The notes under the pieces were generated by a model. It did not search any database. It was not told where the DNA came from and saw nothing but the letters and a program-made list of their open reading frames with translations. A DNA stretch of 64,000 bases, taken from contig CAZAYU010000001.1 of assembly GCA_964489445.1 (NCBI GenBank), forward strand, positions 146,276 to 210,275, written 5' to 3'. Position 1 is the stretch's first letter. Each line of letters begins with the position of its first letter. Positions 10,901 through 19,644 of the stretch are shown here, piece by piece. The DNA comes from an uncultured Planctomycetia bacterium. Its GTDB lineage: Bacteria; Omnitrophota; Gorgyraeia; Duberdicusellales; 4484-171. The position numbers were made by a program, and so were the translations under genes.

Positions 10901-11102
10901 CTAATCGCTCGTTATCACCTTTCAGTTTATATACCTGTTGCTTAAGCTCTTTTATCTGCGTATTTAAAGAAGAAACTTTGACTTGAATAGCGCTATTATC
11001 TGCCTCACTAGAACGTAACTTATGTTTCCCAGAATGATCGCCCAAAGAATAAACCACTAAGCTAACCGAAACAGCAACTAAAAAATAAAGAAAAAATATC
11101 AT
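7938..11102 (-). CDS. elongation factor G paralog with ~365 aa N-terminal extension (TM anchor + long coiled coil + low-complexity linker)
   Basis: EF-G G-domain motifs: [25 protein letters not shown] domain IV tip is present ([18 protein letters not shown]). The C-terminal ~690 aa is EF-G length. The N-terminus has a hydrophobic helix ([21 protein letters not shown]) and ~230 aa of heptad-like K/E/L repeats. The reading frame is uninterrupted for 1054 codons. Confidence 0.8.
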   Translation of the reverse strand: MIFFLYFLVAVSVSLVVYSLGDHSGKHKLRSSEADNSAIQVKVSSLNTQIKELKQQVYKLKGDNERLEKIELENNSLAEKVLILQKKEVDFTEKQRKNKQWLERQQQIINDNKVPVFQLQEKMMDKEKQLEEEFSKNVRLNKDLADTTKELEELNKTIDGLNSNIESFKESSKQQKEKISNYMKEVRDYQSKIKEIKEKEKESGWVSKDEYNLLSEQVEELKQELEVRNKELKSKEETFEALSKERMSLSHRVKEMEKKYFSESTPEAKETTTLEEKKLSNKELSIEKEQDKDNNNVTKEVSPRDLDTFLNHVETGNSQKIIPGLDKEFNKSIQNVSSLDTTAENNLDKQSLSQKGQKEDLPLRKSDLSQVRNIGIMAHIDAGKTTLTERILFYTGRSHKIGEVHDGKAQMDWMKQEQERGITITSAATTCFWQDHRINIIDTPGHVDFTVEVERSLRVLDGAVAVFCAVGGVEPQSETVWRQSDKYEVPKIAFINKMDRVGADFFGVVENIEKDLNANVIPLQIPIGSEDKFSGIIDLIQMKACIYDDDSMGKDFRTAEIPEEYQEVARKYRHIMLEKAVELEDSLMEKYLESEDSITIDELLSSIRKGTIANKIVPALCGSAFKNKGVQMLLDAVNKYLPAPSDLPPVEGTDPDDSEKKIFRKPLDEEPFSALAFKVQTDPHTGKLVYIRVYSGCLKAGTYILNAVKGKKERIGRILEMHANQRKNIEAVFTGDIAVAVGLNNTLTGDTLCDLSDSILLEQMEFSDPVVSISIKPESSSDQDKLSKALAKLSEEDPTFSARIDDETQETIISGMGELHLEIIADRLKSEFKIDASVGQPKVAYKETILSTLSEEYKHIKQTGGRGQYGHVVMEFSPNEQGKGFEFKNSITGGRIPKSYIPAVEKGLLEVIKKGIYAGYPVVDIKVDLTDGSYHNVDSSELAFKLAAQGCFRSVFMKCDPILLEPYMALEIITPEEYSSSIVGYICSRRGKILGMDTKNKQKIIKAEAPLSEMFGYTTNLRSLSSGRVNCSMRFEKYAQVPREIAEKIKAESG

Positions 11103-11298
11103 TGTTTAACGCTACTATACCTCACCAAAATAAACTCACCTAGTATTTTCACCTATAGATTTACTTTATCCTATGTTTTTTGTCCTTCTGACTTATACTC
11201 CAACCAGATACCCATACACAAGATAAATTCTTATTATACTTTTTTGATGTTTAGTTGTCAAAAAATTAACACCTTTTAATTTTGCTTTTCAGGAAAAA

Positions 11299-11787
11299 AT
11301 GCTTGATGCTTATTTAAAAGATGATATAATTTTGTACATTATGATTGAAGATAGAATTTATCAAGAGTACATTCAAGCTTTGAGATCAAAAAACAAACAA
11401 AAAAGCGTGTTTTTAAGTTTCATTCGTGCTGAACTTAAAAATAAAGCAATTGATTTAAAAAAAGATAGATTAGATGACACGGAAGCCTTAGTAGTTCTCA
11501 AAAAACAGCAAAAAAAACTTAACGATCAAAAAGAAAGCATTACAGCTTCAGGAAGAATTAACATGGTTGACGACATTGAAAAAGAAATATCCTCACTAGC
11601 AGAGTACCTTCCGAAACCTCTAGGAGAAGACCAACTGCTAAAAATAATTGAATCAAAAATAGCCGCGATAGACAGCCCTTCAATGAAAGACATGGGAAAA
11701 ATAATGACATCTGTACTTTCCGAAGTCGGATTACGCGCTGATTCTAGGATGGTTAGTTCTATCGTTAAAAATAGGCTTTCTTCTTAA
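11299..11787 (+). CDS. yqeY: GatB/YqeY domain protein
   Basis: 162 aa. Typical YqeY features: N-terminal AYLKD...RIYQEY-like region and C-terminal GKIMTSVLSEVGLRADSRMVSSIVKNRL. Confidence 0.75.
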   Translation: MLDAYLKDDIILYIMIEDRIYQEYIQALRSKNKQKSVFLSFIRAELKNKAIDLKKDRLDDTEALVVLKKQQKKLNDQKESITASGRINMVDDIEKEISSLAEYLPKPLGEDQLLKIIESKIAAIDSPSMKDMGKIMTSVLSEVGLRADSRMVSSIVKNRLSS

Positions 11788-11801
11788 AAAAAAGCCTATC
11801 C
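11769..11801. terminator. bidirectional intrinsic terminator hairpin between convergent yqeY and the minus-strand small ORFs
   Basis: Stem TAGGCTTT (11772-11779) pairs with AAAGCCTA (11791-11798). The yqeY stop codon lies in the loop. The minus-strand reading is followed by TTTTT; the plus-strand reading is followed by TCCCTTTT. Confidence 0.4.
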
Positions 11802-11822
11802 CTTTTAAACCATCAATACTAC

Positions 11823-12089
11823 CTATATTAAGTCTTTAAAAATATCGCCGACAAGCTCTACCGCAGGGTGAGTGTCATTTTGCTTAGCTTTTTGAATTAA
11901 TTGTAGTAATTTTCCTGGCTGTTGAGCTACTTGCCGCATTCGTTCTAAGTTAAAGTCAATTTCGCCTTCAAAATACATTAATAAATCAACCATCAGCATA
12001 TCTATATCGTAATTATTTTTGTAGTCTTGTAGCGCTGATAATTTATCAGTTCTTTTTTCCCGTTTTTTTTCTATTCTCTGATCATCCAT
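11823..12089 (-). CDS. hypothetical protein (88 aa, acidic)
   Basis: ORF track. No recognisable family. Confidence 0.35.
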   Translation of the reverse strand: MDDQRIEKKREKRTDKLSALQDYKNNYDIDMLMVDLLMYFEGEIDFNLERMRQVAQQPGKLLQLIQKAKQNDTHPAVELVGDIFKDLI

Positions 12090-12127
12090 ATCATATTTTT
12101 TTTAACAACAATGGTTAAGATTATTCA

Positions 12128-12364
12128 TCATTGAATACTGGCTATAGCATTTGTAATTAACGGTAAAACTGCTTCTGCTTCCTCTTTAGACATTCTTCCT
12201 AATTTAGTAAACCGAAAATTCCCTTGAGTATCCTTATTTTCCCTGGTAATTTGTACTTTTTTCGGTCCATTGTTATAAGAGTAAACACTTACACTTATTT
12301 TTGTATCTTCAAAGTCAACTGATTCGGAAAATAACTGATCATCCAAATTACTATCGTATGGCAT
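12128..12364 (-). CDS. small protein, possibly PC4/YdbC-like ssDNA-binding fold (78 aa)
   Basis: KISVSVYSYNNGPKKVQITRENKDTQGNFRFTKLGRMSKEEAEAVLPL resembles the bacterial PC4-like (DUF2128) pattern. The match is weak. Confidence 0.35.
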   Translation of the reverse strand: MPYDSNLDDQLFSESVDFEDTKISVSVYSYNNGPKKVQITRENKDTQGNFRFTKLGRMSKEEAEAVLPLITNAIASIQ

Positions 12365-12549
12365 TTATCCCTCCTTTACTGTCTTTTTTACAATTTCTTA
12401 TTTTTTCTAGCTGCACTCTACAGCTCTACTTCCACCCATATATTGCACTTTGCTTTTACCACACAAAACATTCTTGCGTTATATTTTACTATCCCTAATC
12501 TACGCTGTCAATAGCTGCTTATCTGGCTCTTTTTTGAAAAGATATTTGG

Positions 12550-13284
12550 TTAAATTAAATTAACCAATGCAATAAATGCACAGTAATAACCAAATTTACT
12601 AAAAGACTTATTAATTAAAGACTTTTTTAATATATATAAAGCAACAATCCCGGATAAAAACGCAAAAAGCGCACCGCCAATAACATTAGGCAGGGGTAAT
12701 TCTAAGGCCATTATTTCTCTCATTTTAAACAAAAAAGTTCCGATAATTACAGGAATCACCATAATAAAAGAAAATTTAAAAGCATCTTGTGGTTTAAACC
12801 CTCTTTGCAAGAAACCAACTATCGTAATTCCAGAACGTGAAATACCCGGAAAAACTGCCAATCCTTGCAAAATTCCAATGAAAATTGAGTCTTTTAAGGT
12901 AATATCTTGAAAGTTCCTCTTGCCAAAATTATTTTTTGCTTTTAAAAGCACTCCAGCATTAACTAGCAGAAAGAAAGAAACCCAATAGCGACTTTCAAAT
13001 ATCTGTTTAAAAAATCTATCAATAGTAAGCCCTATTACTCCAGTAATCAGAGTAATGATTAAAATGCTACCTAGTACTTTTTTATTAGTTAGACAACCCA
13101 AGAACTGTTTACGAAAAAAAACAATAATTGCTAAAAGAGTAGAAAAATGAAGCAACACAAAAAAAGGTAATAAATCGTTGCTTGAACCAAATAAACGTTT
13201 TAGTATGTAGAGATGTCCTGAACTTGATACAGGCAGGAATTCGGTCATTCCCTGAGTAAGACCGAAAAATAAACACTTTATCAA
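12550..13284 (-). CDS. uppP: undecaprenyl-diphosphate phosphatase
   Basis: The N-terminal GMTEFLPVSSSGHL motif is the UppP/BacA signature. Polytopic membrane protein, 244 aa. Confidence 0.85.
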   Translation of the reverse strand: MIKCLFFGLTQGMTEFLPVSSSGHLYILKRLFGSSNDLLPFFVLLHFSTLLAIIVFFRKQFLGCLTNKKVLGSILIITLITGVIGLTIDRFFKQIFESRYWVSFFLLVNAGVLLKAKNNFGKRNFQDITLKDSIFIGILQGLAVFPGISRSGITIVGFLQRGFKPQDAFKFSFIMVIPVIIGTFLFKMREIMALELPLPNVIGGALFAFLSGIVALYILKKSLINKSFSKFGYYCAFIALVNLI

Positions 13285-13287
13285 ACT

Positions 13288-14223
13288 TTACCCTCTCAAC
13301 AGGAGAAAAATAAAAACCGCTAAAATAGTTAACCCAACAGCTAAAACAATATAATCTAGAGAACCTTTCCTCTCCGGCTCACCATCAAGAGGCTCTTCTG
13401 AAACTGAAAAGTTATCCTCGAGATCTTCGGTAACCGAATTTAGGCTTTCTTTAACTAAATATTCATTTTCTTGTTTGCCAAGCGGCAAAGATTCTTCTAA
13501 GACTGGATCTGTCTTTTGATCGTCACTAGCGAGAACATCTTTAGATAAATCTGCAGTATTCGACAAATCTACTGTTTTCTCGTCAGTGTCATCGCTATTT
13601 TTTTTACTATCTAAATCCAATATTAATTCTTGATCTGCTTTGTCAGCCTTACCTAAATCAAGAGCTTCAGTTTCTGGAACAATGCCATCATTACTTAACT
13701 CTTGTCCGCCTACATCATTTAATTTGTCATCTTGTCCGGCACTTAGCCCTTCTTGCCTCTTTTCTTCGGTGAGATCAAGCTGTTTGTTTCCCGACATAGC
13801 TCTTTCATCATTTACTTTGTTTGATATTTTAGTGCCTTCTTCAGGAGGATTTTGGCCAGTATTAAGATTATCCTTGCCAATGGGGGCATCCATTAGATTC
13901 TCCACGCTTTCACCAGGAAAATATTCAACCTTTTCTTCTTCTGGCAAGGAATAAACGCCAGTATCTTCGCCTGCTTCAGAAGAAAGTGTTTTGTCTTTTG
14001 GAAAAACTTCTGGAGATTCTAACAGCTTATTTGTTTCTTCAGGTTTACCAGCATCTTGAAAAGAATCATCCGTAGGACTCAGAGGGTTATCCATAAGTTC
14101 ACCTAAAACTGCTCGACAATCATGGCAAACACACAAGTGTTCCTCTACTTGTTTAATTTCTTCTTCGCTGGCGGTATGTTGAAAATAACAGGGAATTATT
14201 TTTTTTATATCCTCACAATCCAT
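13288..14223 (-). CDS. zf-HC2 (anti-sigma-factor-type zinc finger) protein with long acidic low-complexity region and C-terminal TM helix
   Basis: The N-terminal HLCVCHDCRAVLGEL matches the H-x3-C-x2-C anti-sigma zinc-finger motif. There is a ~230 aa D/E-rich region and a C-terminal hydrophobic helix (LDYIVLAVGLTILAVFIFLLL). Confidence 0.55.
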   Translation of the reverse strand: MDCEDIKKIIPCYFQHTASEEEIKQVEEHLCVCHDCRAVLGELMDNPLSPTDDSFQDAGKPEETNKLLESPEVFPKDKTLSSEAGEDTGVYSLPEEEKVEYFPGESVENLMDAPIGKDNLNTGQNPPEEGTKISNKVNDERAMSGNKQLDLTEEKRQEGLSAGQDDKLNDVGGQELSNDGIVPETEALDLGKADKADQELILDLDSKKNSDDTDEKTVDLSNTADLSKDVLASDDQKTDPVLEESLPLGKQENEYLVKESLNSVTEDLEDNFSVSEEPLDGEPERKGSLDYIVLAVGLTILAVFIFLLLRG

Positions 14224-14322
14224 AAGCCCTCCTCTACATTATTTTATCAAAGTGAAGTATCATTGCAAGGAAATTTTTAAAAAAAATAGCAAATTAAAGT
14301 CTTACCTACGACTATTTATTGT

Positions 14323-16341
14323 TTAGAACTTTAACTTAATTCCAACATAATAATTTCTTTCTGGCGAAGGATAAAATCCACGCGTAGTTCCAGATATATT
14401 AGTCGCCGCATACTCACTATATATTTCATTAAATAAATTATTAATTCCTCCAAAAATTTCAAAATTATTTTTATGGTAGCTCAGCTTTACGTTTGTAGTG
14501 TTAAAACTGTTTAATTTTGAGTATATATTATTAAGGTCGTTAATTAAATAAACTTTACCTCGGTATTGATAATCGACAAATAACGACCAATCTTGGGTTA
14601 GATCATATTTTACAGAAGCAGTGAATAGCGCTTTAGGTACAAACGGAACTTGTTTCCCGCTGTAAGATCCTTTTCTAAATACAGCATCAATAAATCGATA
14701 ACCCATTTTGATTGTTAAACAATCTAACGGAACCAACTGAACATTTATGTTGGCCCCCTGTCTACGTGTATTATCATAATTTTTATTCTCCCAAGTTGTT
14801 GGATCATAATAAATCTCATCTCTAATGCACATTTGAAAATAGTCTAAAGACACCTCCATTATAGAATTAAGCTGAGAATTTATCCCTACAGTTACCGCTT
14901 TAGACCGTTGTGGCCGTAAAGATTCATTTATCGAAGCAACCGGCCAAGTAACAAGATACTCATCAGTTTTTCCGACTCTTAACCCACGTGAAAAGTTTAA
15001 ATACATATTAGTTTTTTCGAAAAATTTATAGTTTAGCCCCAACTCATATAAATCTTCTGTAAAACTCACACCGTCATCAGTACTAGAAGCACCTCGATAA
15101 TCAAATGTAAACTTTTCTTTCTGCAAGCGCCACCCCAACCGAGCAGAAAATTTCTCGGTTAAATGGATATCATCTTGTAGAAATAACGATACACTCCTTC
15201 GATCAATGTCTGTAGAAGATGAAGAATCATCTGCGGAAAGATCTGAAGTATACAATTCAAATCCGGTTATTAACTCATGTTCCCATGAGTACGAATTAAA
15301 GATAAATAATAACTGAGGCTTAACTTGAAAATTACTAATTCGCTTATCAGTACTCATACTGTAAGAAAGAAGCTCCTCAAGCTCATTTTTATTACGAAAG
15401 AAAACATCAACTGATCCAACTATTGACTCAGAAAACATATTTTTAATATTTAATCCTAACGTATTATCCTCTACGCGAGCATTATTTAATGGAGTAGTTG
15501 AATCTCTACGAGAATATCCCTGTTTTGATTCAGATTCAGTAATGTCATCCGGTAAACCATAAACATACTTATGATGCGTTAGGTCAGCACTTACAACTAA
15601 GTCTTCTGTTGGTTGAGAAGCAAAACTTGTAGTGACATATTTTGAACGATAATGACTATTTTGACGATAGCCACTCGTTGAATGATATTCACCAAAAATT
15701 CTAAACGATAGTAAATCTGTTCCTCCTGAGACTTCAACAGATTCCTTAGTTGAGCGATAACTACCTGCCTGAAAATTAATCTCTGAACCAACCTTCTTGG
15801 GCCTTATTTTCTTAGAAATTATATTAATCACTCCTCCGCTTGCATTATCCCCATACAAAACCACCCCGCCACCTTTAACAATCTCAATCCTATCAACATT
15901 TTCTAATGGTATTTGTGTCCAGTCAACACCACTCATATCAATATTATTTACTCTTCGTCCATTAACAAGAATTAGTATATTCGAGTTAGCATTATCTCCA
16001 AAGCCCATCATATCAACAACAGTTTTTATGCCATTTCCATAATAATCACTAATATTTAATTCAGGTACTGTCTTTAAAAAATTGATAACTGTAGAAGCTC
16101 CCGTATTCGATATTTGCAAGCTCGTATACACATTTGTTGAGTACGGAGCTAGCGAATTACTTTTTGCTTGAATTCCGGAATAAGGAGTGACGATAATTTT
16201 CTCAAGCTCAATCGCCTCATCTTTATTGCCTGATGGAACAATGTATTCTTGGCTTTCAGAATCAACCAGTATTTCTTCAGCTTGCACCATAAAACAATTA
16301 CAAAAAAACAATAACACTAAAAAAAATCCAAACCTTTTCAT
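14323..16341 (-). CDS. TonB-dependent outer-membrane receptor (BtuB-like, cobalamin/siderophore)
   Basis: Signal peptide and plug-domain motifs (IVTPYSG, DRIEIVKGGGVVLYG). The C-terminal residue is Phe (..GIKLKF). It sits directly downstream of a cobalamin riboswitch. Confidence 0.85.
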   Translation of the reverse strand: MKRFGFFLVLLFFCNCFMVQAEEILVDSESQEYIVPSGNKDEAIELEKIIVTPYSGIQAKSNSLAPYSTNVYTSLQISNTGASTVINFLKTVPELNISDYYGNGIKTVVDMMGFGDNANSNILILVNGRRVNNIDMSGVDWTQIPLENVDRIEIVKGGGVVLYGDNASGGVINIISKKIRPKKVGSEINFQAGSYRSTKESVEVSGGTDLLSFRIFGEYHSTSGYRQNSHYRSKYVTTSFASQPTEDLVVSADLTHHKYVYGLPDDITESESKQGYSRRDSTTPLNNARVEDNTLGLNIKNMFSESIVGSVDVFFRNKNELEELLSYSMSTDKRISNFQVKPQLLFIFNSYSWEHELITGFELYTSDLSADDSSSSTDIDRRSVSLFLQDDIHLTEKFSARLGWRLQKEKFTFDYRGASSTDDGVSFTEDLYELGLNYKFFEKTNMYLNFSRGLRVGKTDEYLVTWPVASINESLRPQRSKAVTVGINSQLNSIMEVSLDYFQMCIRDEIYYDPTTWENKNYDNTRRQGANINVQLVPLDCLTIKMGYRFIDAVFRKGSYSGKQVPFVPKALFTASVKYDLTQDWSLFVDYQYRGKVYLINDLNNIYSKLNSFNTTNVKLSYHKNNFEIFGGINNLFNEIYSEYAATNISGTTRGFYPSPERNYYVGIKLKF

Positions 16342-16371
16342 TGATATCCTCCTTATTTTACTAATAGTCCT

Positions 16372-16404
16372 TAAAAATAAAAAATCCCCGACTATACGTC
16401 GGGG
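16372..16404 (-). terminator. riboswitch expression-platform terminator hairpin
   Basis: Minus strand reads CCCCGACGTATAGTCGGGG followed by ATTTTTTATTTTTAA. It lies ~30 nt upstream of the receptor RBS (GGAGG) and start codon. Confidence 0.5.
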
Positions 16405-16482
16405 TGCACCCTGATTTCTTGACCCGGAAAATTGACTAATAGATTCTCTATTCCACGAAAAACCTATTCTTCTCTATTTCTT

Positions 16483-16682
16483 GGCAGGTCTTCTGACTTA
16501 CCTTGCTCTTCGCCATCCTTCCCATCCAAATAATTTTAGACAGTGGATTTAAAACATTGGCGAAGAGTTCCTTTCTTGCGAAAGGCGAAGGCTTACAGCA
16601 CCGGGAGTGTCTTCGAATTTCCGTTTAAAACGAATCACGAAAGTTCCCTATTAAGCTTAAAACAGCACCAAAAAACATTTAT
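16483..16682 (-). promoter_or_regulatory. cobalamin (B12) riboswitch aptamer
   Basis: Minus strand contains GGTGC...AATAGGGAA...GTGATTCG, the B12-box-like CCACTGT, and the 3' consensus GATGGGAAGG...AGTCAGAAGACCTGCC. These match hallmark conserved segments of the cobalamin riboswitch class. The genomic context is btuFCD plus a TonB receptor. Confidence 0.6.
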
Positions 16683-16704
16683 CTAGATGTGAAAGAACAA
16701 CCAT

Positions 16705-16732
16705 AGATTACCGTAGTAAATCATGTTGTCAA
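16705..16732 (-). promoter_or_regulatory. sigma-70-type promoter for riboswitch/receptor transcript (TTGACA -16 nt- TAATCT)
   Basis: Minus strand has TTGACA (16732..16727) and TAATCT (16710..16705) with a 16-nt spacer, placed just upstream of the riboswitch. Confidence 0.4.
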
Positions 16733-16808
16733 GTATTTTTTGTAAAAATCATATTGACATGTTGCATGTAAAGATTAAGACAGGTCCAAAAAGAACAATA
16801 CTCAATTA

Positions 16809-17588
16809 CTAGTTCTTTACGGTTATCCAAGGTTTCAGCGAAGAAGGATTCTTACTTATCTGGACATCAGCTTTGTAGGCTTTTAGCATATTCTCTTGAG
16901 TCAACACTACTTCTGGAATGTCATTACCGAGGATGGTTCCGTTATTAAGAAGAATTATCCGGTTGCAATATTCGCTTGCTAAATTTAAATCATGCAACAC
17001 CATAACTACTGTTAAATTTACCTTAGCGTTTAACTCTTTTAATAAAGCCATTATTTGAGCTTGATATCCGATATCTAGATGTGCGGTTGGCTCATCCAAA
17101 AATAACAACGCTGGCTCTTGAGTTAACGCCTTGGCAATGATAACCCTTTGTCGTTCCCCCGCACTTAATTGATTAATTATTTTGTACTTTAGGTTCCCTG
17201 TTTTAGTCTGCGCTAGACTTTTCTCGGCAATAAGAAAATCTTGCTTTGTTTCTGCTTGCATCCTATTTAAGTACGGAATCCTACCCATTAATACTACTTC
17301 CCAAACAGAAAAGGGAAAATTAATTACTGTATCCTGCGAAACGAAAGCAATTTTTTTGCACAATTCTTTTAATTTAATTTTATAAATATTTTTACCTTCG
17401 AATAAAACATTACCACTAGTTGGATAAATCACGCGAGTAATCAATTTTAATAAGGTTGATTTTCCTGAACCATTCGGACCAATAATTCCCAAAAACTCAC
17501 CTTTGCCTACATCAAAGGAAACATTTCCTAACACATCATTTTTCTCATACCCTCCATTTAAATTTTCTACTTTTAGCAAAGTACTCAT
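16809..17588 (-). CDS. ABC transporter ATP-binding protein, iron-siderophore/cobalamin type (FecE/BtuD-like)
   Basis: Walker A GPNGSGKST, LSAGERQR signature and Walker B LLFLDEPT. 259 aa. Confidence 0.85.
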   Translation of the reverse strand: MSTLLKVENLNGGYEKNDVLGNVSFDVGKGEFLGIIGPNGSGKSTLLKLITRVIYPTSGNVLFEGKNIYKIKLKELCKKIAFVSQDTVINFPFSVWEVVLMGRIPYLNRMQAETKQDFLIAEKSLAQTKTGNLKYKIINQLSAGERQRVIIAKALTQEPALLFLDEPTAHLDIGYQAQIMALLKELNAKVNLTVVMVLHDLNLASEYCNRIILLNNGTILGNDIPEVVLTQENMLKAYKADVQISKNPSSLKPWITVKN

Positions 17589-18556
17589 GAACTAACTATT
17601 TTCTTTTGGTTTAGTTTTAACAGGACTATGAATAGTGGAGCACCAATCAACGAAGTTATTACTCCAATCGGAATTTCAATGGGTGCTAATAGACTTCGAG
17701 AAAGGGCATCAGAAATAACTAAAAATATAGCACCCCCTAAACAAGCTGTCGGAATAAGAATTCTATGGTTCGGGCCTACTATCAAACGCATCATATGAGG
17801 AACAATTAACCCGACAAAACCAATCATTCCAGTGACCGAAACTATGGCTCCGGTAACCAATGATGTTATTACAAACACAATTTTTTTTATACTTTCACTC
17901 TTGATACCTAAATGAACTGCCTCTTCTTCGCCGATACTTAAAGCATTTAAATCCTGTGCTATGCTGAACATAAAAATACTTCCAAAGCATACAACTACTC
18001 CTACTATAGCAAGAAGCTTTAAATCGTAAACTTGCAGGCTACCCAATAACCACCAGGCTATTGCATGCATTGCTTCATTGCGGGAAACTGACACTAAAAA
18101 TACAATTACCCCAGAAAATGTTACTCCCACCACAACCCCTGATAAAATAAGTGATTCTACAGGAATTTTTCCGTTGCTTCTTGATAAATAATACACTAAA
18201 ATAATGCTTACCAATGCTCCGCTAAATGCGGAAAAAGGAAGAAACACAGCACTAACACCAAAAACAATCGCAAGTATCGCCCCTAATCCAGCTCCACTTG
18301 AAGTTCCCAAAAGGTATGGGTCAGCTAAGGGATTTTTTAAGGTTGCCTGAAGAACCGTTCCACAAACACTCAAGCCGGCCCCAACTAATATTGCTAAACT
18401 AACACGCATAAGTCGTAAATAAACAATTTGCCGGTATTTTTCTGATAATAGATCGAAAAAAGAAATTTTTACCGCTCCTTTGGTGATCGCAAAGAAAATA
18501 GCACCCAATAAAATCAAAAACAATAACACAATAATTCTTTTACCTGCACTATTCAT
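17585..18556 (-). CDS. ABC transporter permease, FecCD/BtuC family
   Basis: Polytopic membrane protein of 323 aa with a FecCD-type hydrophobic profile. Overlaps the ATPase gene by 4 nt. Confidence 0.85.
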   Translation of the reverse strand: MNSAGKRIIVLLFLILLGAIFFAITKGAVKISFFDLLSEKYRQIVYLRLMRVSLAILVGAGLSVCGTVLQATLKNPLADPYLLGTSSGAGLGAILAIVFGVSAVFLPFSAFSGALVSIILVYYLSRSNGKIPVESLILSGVVVGVTFSGVIVFLVSVSRNEAMHAIAWWLLGSLQVYDLKLLAIVGVVVCFGSIFMFSIAQDLNALSIGEEEAVHLGIKSESIKKIVFVITSLVTGAIVSVTGMIGFVGLIVPHMMRLIVGPNHRILIPTACLGGAIFLVISDALSRSLLAPIEIPIGVITSLIGAPLFIVLLKLNQKKIVSS

Positions 18557-19446
18557 TATTGATACAACCTACTATGAATTTCTTCTAAACCACTAACTAA
18601 TCTAGGACCAGGACGTAAAAATAAATCCGGATCAATATCACTGTATAGACGGTTATTTTTTAAGGCCTTGATCTCTTTCCACCCGATTCGCCTCTTAATC
18701 GAATCTAGAAATCGTTTGTCACCTTGACGGCTAAAAATAATACATTCCGGATCACAATAAATCACTCGCTCAGCACTAAAATAGCTATATTCACCAGAAA
18801 CATCTCCCGCTATATTCACGCCTCCAGCAAATTCTACTAGCTGGTTAATAAATGATTCTTTAGCTGCAGTCATTAAAGGGTCATTCCAAATTTCAATGAA
18901 TACCTTGGGTCTGTCTTTAATAGAGATAAGACTTACCTTCTTTTTTACTTGCTCTAATCTTTCTTTCATCGATACTATTAATGTTTCTGCTTCTTTATCT
19001 CGGTCTAAAACTGTTCCGATTTCTTTAATTGAATCAAATAACTCTTGCATATTAGAAGGATCGCTAATACACACTTTAAACCCTAACTGCTTTAATTTTG
19101 TAACCGTAAATTCCTGCTCTAGCCCTGTAGCAAAAATTATATCCGGATTTAGTAAGATAATCTTTTCAATATTCGGTTGGCTAAACGTCCCAATCTTCTC
19201 CTTATCTCTCGCAGAATGGGGATAATCGCAAAAAGTAGTTACACCCACCACCTGTTTCCCAGCGCCCAAACTAAATATTATTTCCGTAACCGCCGGAGCA
19301 AGAGAAATAATTCTTTGTTTTTGAGCTTGGGTAACAGCTAAGCAATTTCCACTAAAAACAGCTAATACACATATGCCTACTATAAATATAGACCAGCATT
19401 TCGCTGCCACACTAATCCACCAACAACGATTAATCTTACCTTTCAT
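18556..19446 (-). CDS. periplasmic substrate-binding protein, BtuF/cobalamin-siderophore type
   Basis: Signal peptide followed by RIISLAPAVTEIIFSLGAGKQVVGVTTFCDYP, a BtuF-like N-lobe. 296 aa. Confidence 0.8.
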   Translation of the reverse strand: MKGKINRCWWISVAAKCWSIFIVGICVLAVFSGNCLAVTQAQKQRIISLAPAVTEIIFSLGAGKQVVGVTTFCDYPHSARDKEKIGTFSQPNIEKIILLNPDIIFATGLEQEFTVTKLKQLGFKVCISDPSNMQELFDSIKEIGTVLDRDKEAETLIVSMKERLEQVKKKVSLISIKDRPKVFIEIWNDPLMTAAKESFINQLVEFAGGVNIAGDVSGEYSYFSAERVIYCDPECIIFSRQGDKRFLDSIKRRIGWKEIKALKNNRLYSDIDPDLFLRPGPRLVSGLEEIHSRLYQ

Positions 19447-19477
19447 TATGCCTGCTCTTTGCTTTTTCGCTAAAACA

Positions 19478-19550
19478 TGCCCCCACCCCGACTCGAACGG
19501 GAATCCCAGCCTTAGGAGGGCCGTGCTCTATCCATTTGAGCTATGGGGGC
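19478..19550 (-). tRNA. tRNA-Arg (anticodon CCT)
   Basis: The minus strand folds as a cloverleaf: acceptor GCCCCCA/TGGGGGC, D-arm GCTC-AAATGGATA-GAGC, anticodon loop CT-CCT-AA, T-arm CCCGTTCGAGTCGGG. CCA is not encoded. Confidence 0.85.
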
Positions 19551-19644
19551 AAGAATTTTACAAGATAGAATTCACTCTTAAGCTGTAAGTTTTAAGAATT
19601 AAACCTTGTTTTCCTAATCTTCCAATTGGCAACTTATAACTTTT

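Noticed and set aside
7938-11102. EF-G-like protein as a Tet(M)/Tet(O)-type ribosome protection protein
   Set aside because: Its length (~690 aa) and the EF-G-specific domain IV tip motif ([14 protein letters not shown]) fit EF-G itself. Ribosome protection proteins are shorter and lack this loop.
12500-12550. Possible intrinsic terminator downstream of uppP (T-run GGCTCTTTTTTG on the plus strand)
   Set aside because: The T-run is on the wrong strand for uppP, and no convincing GC-rich stem precedes it on either strand.
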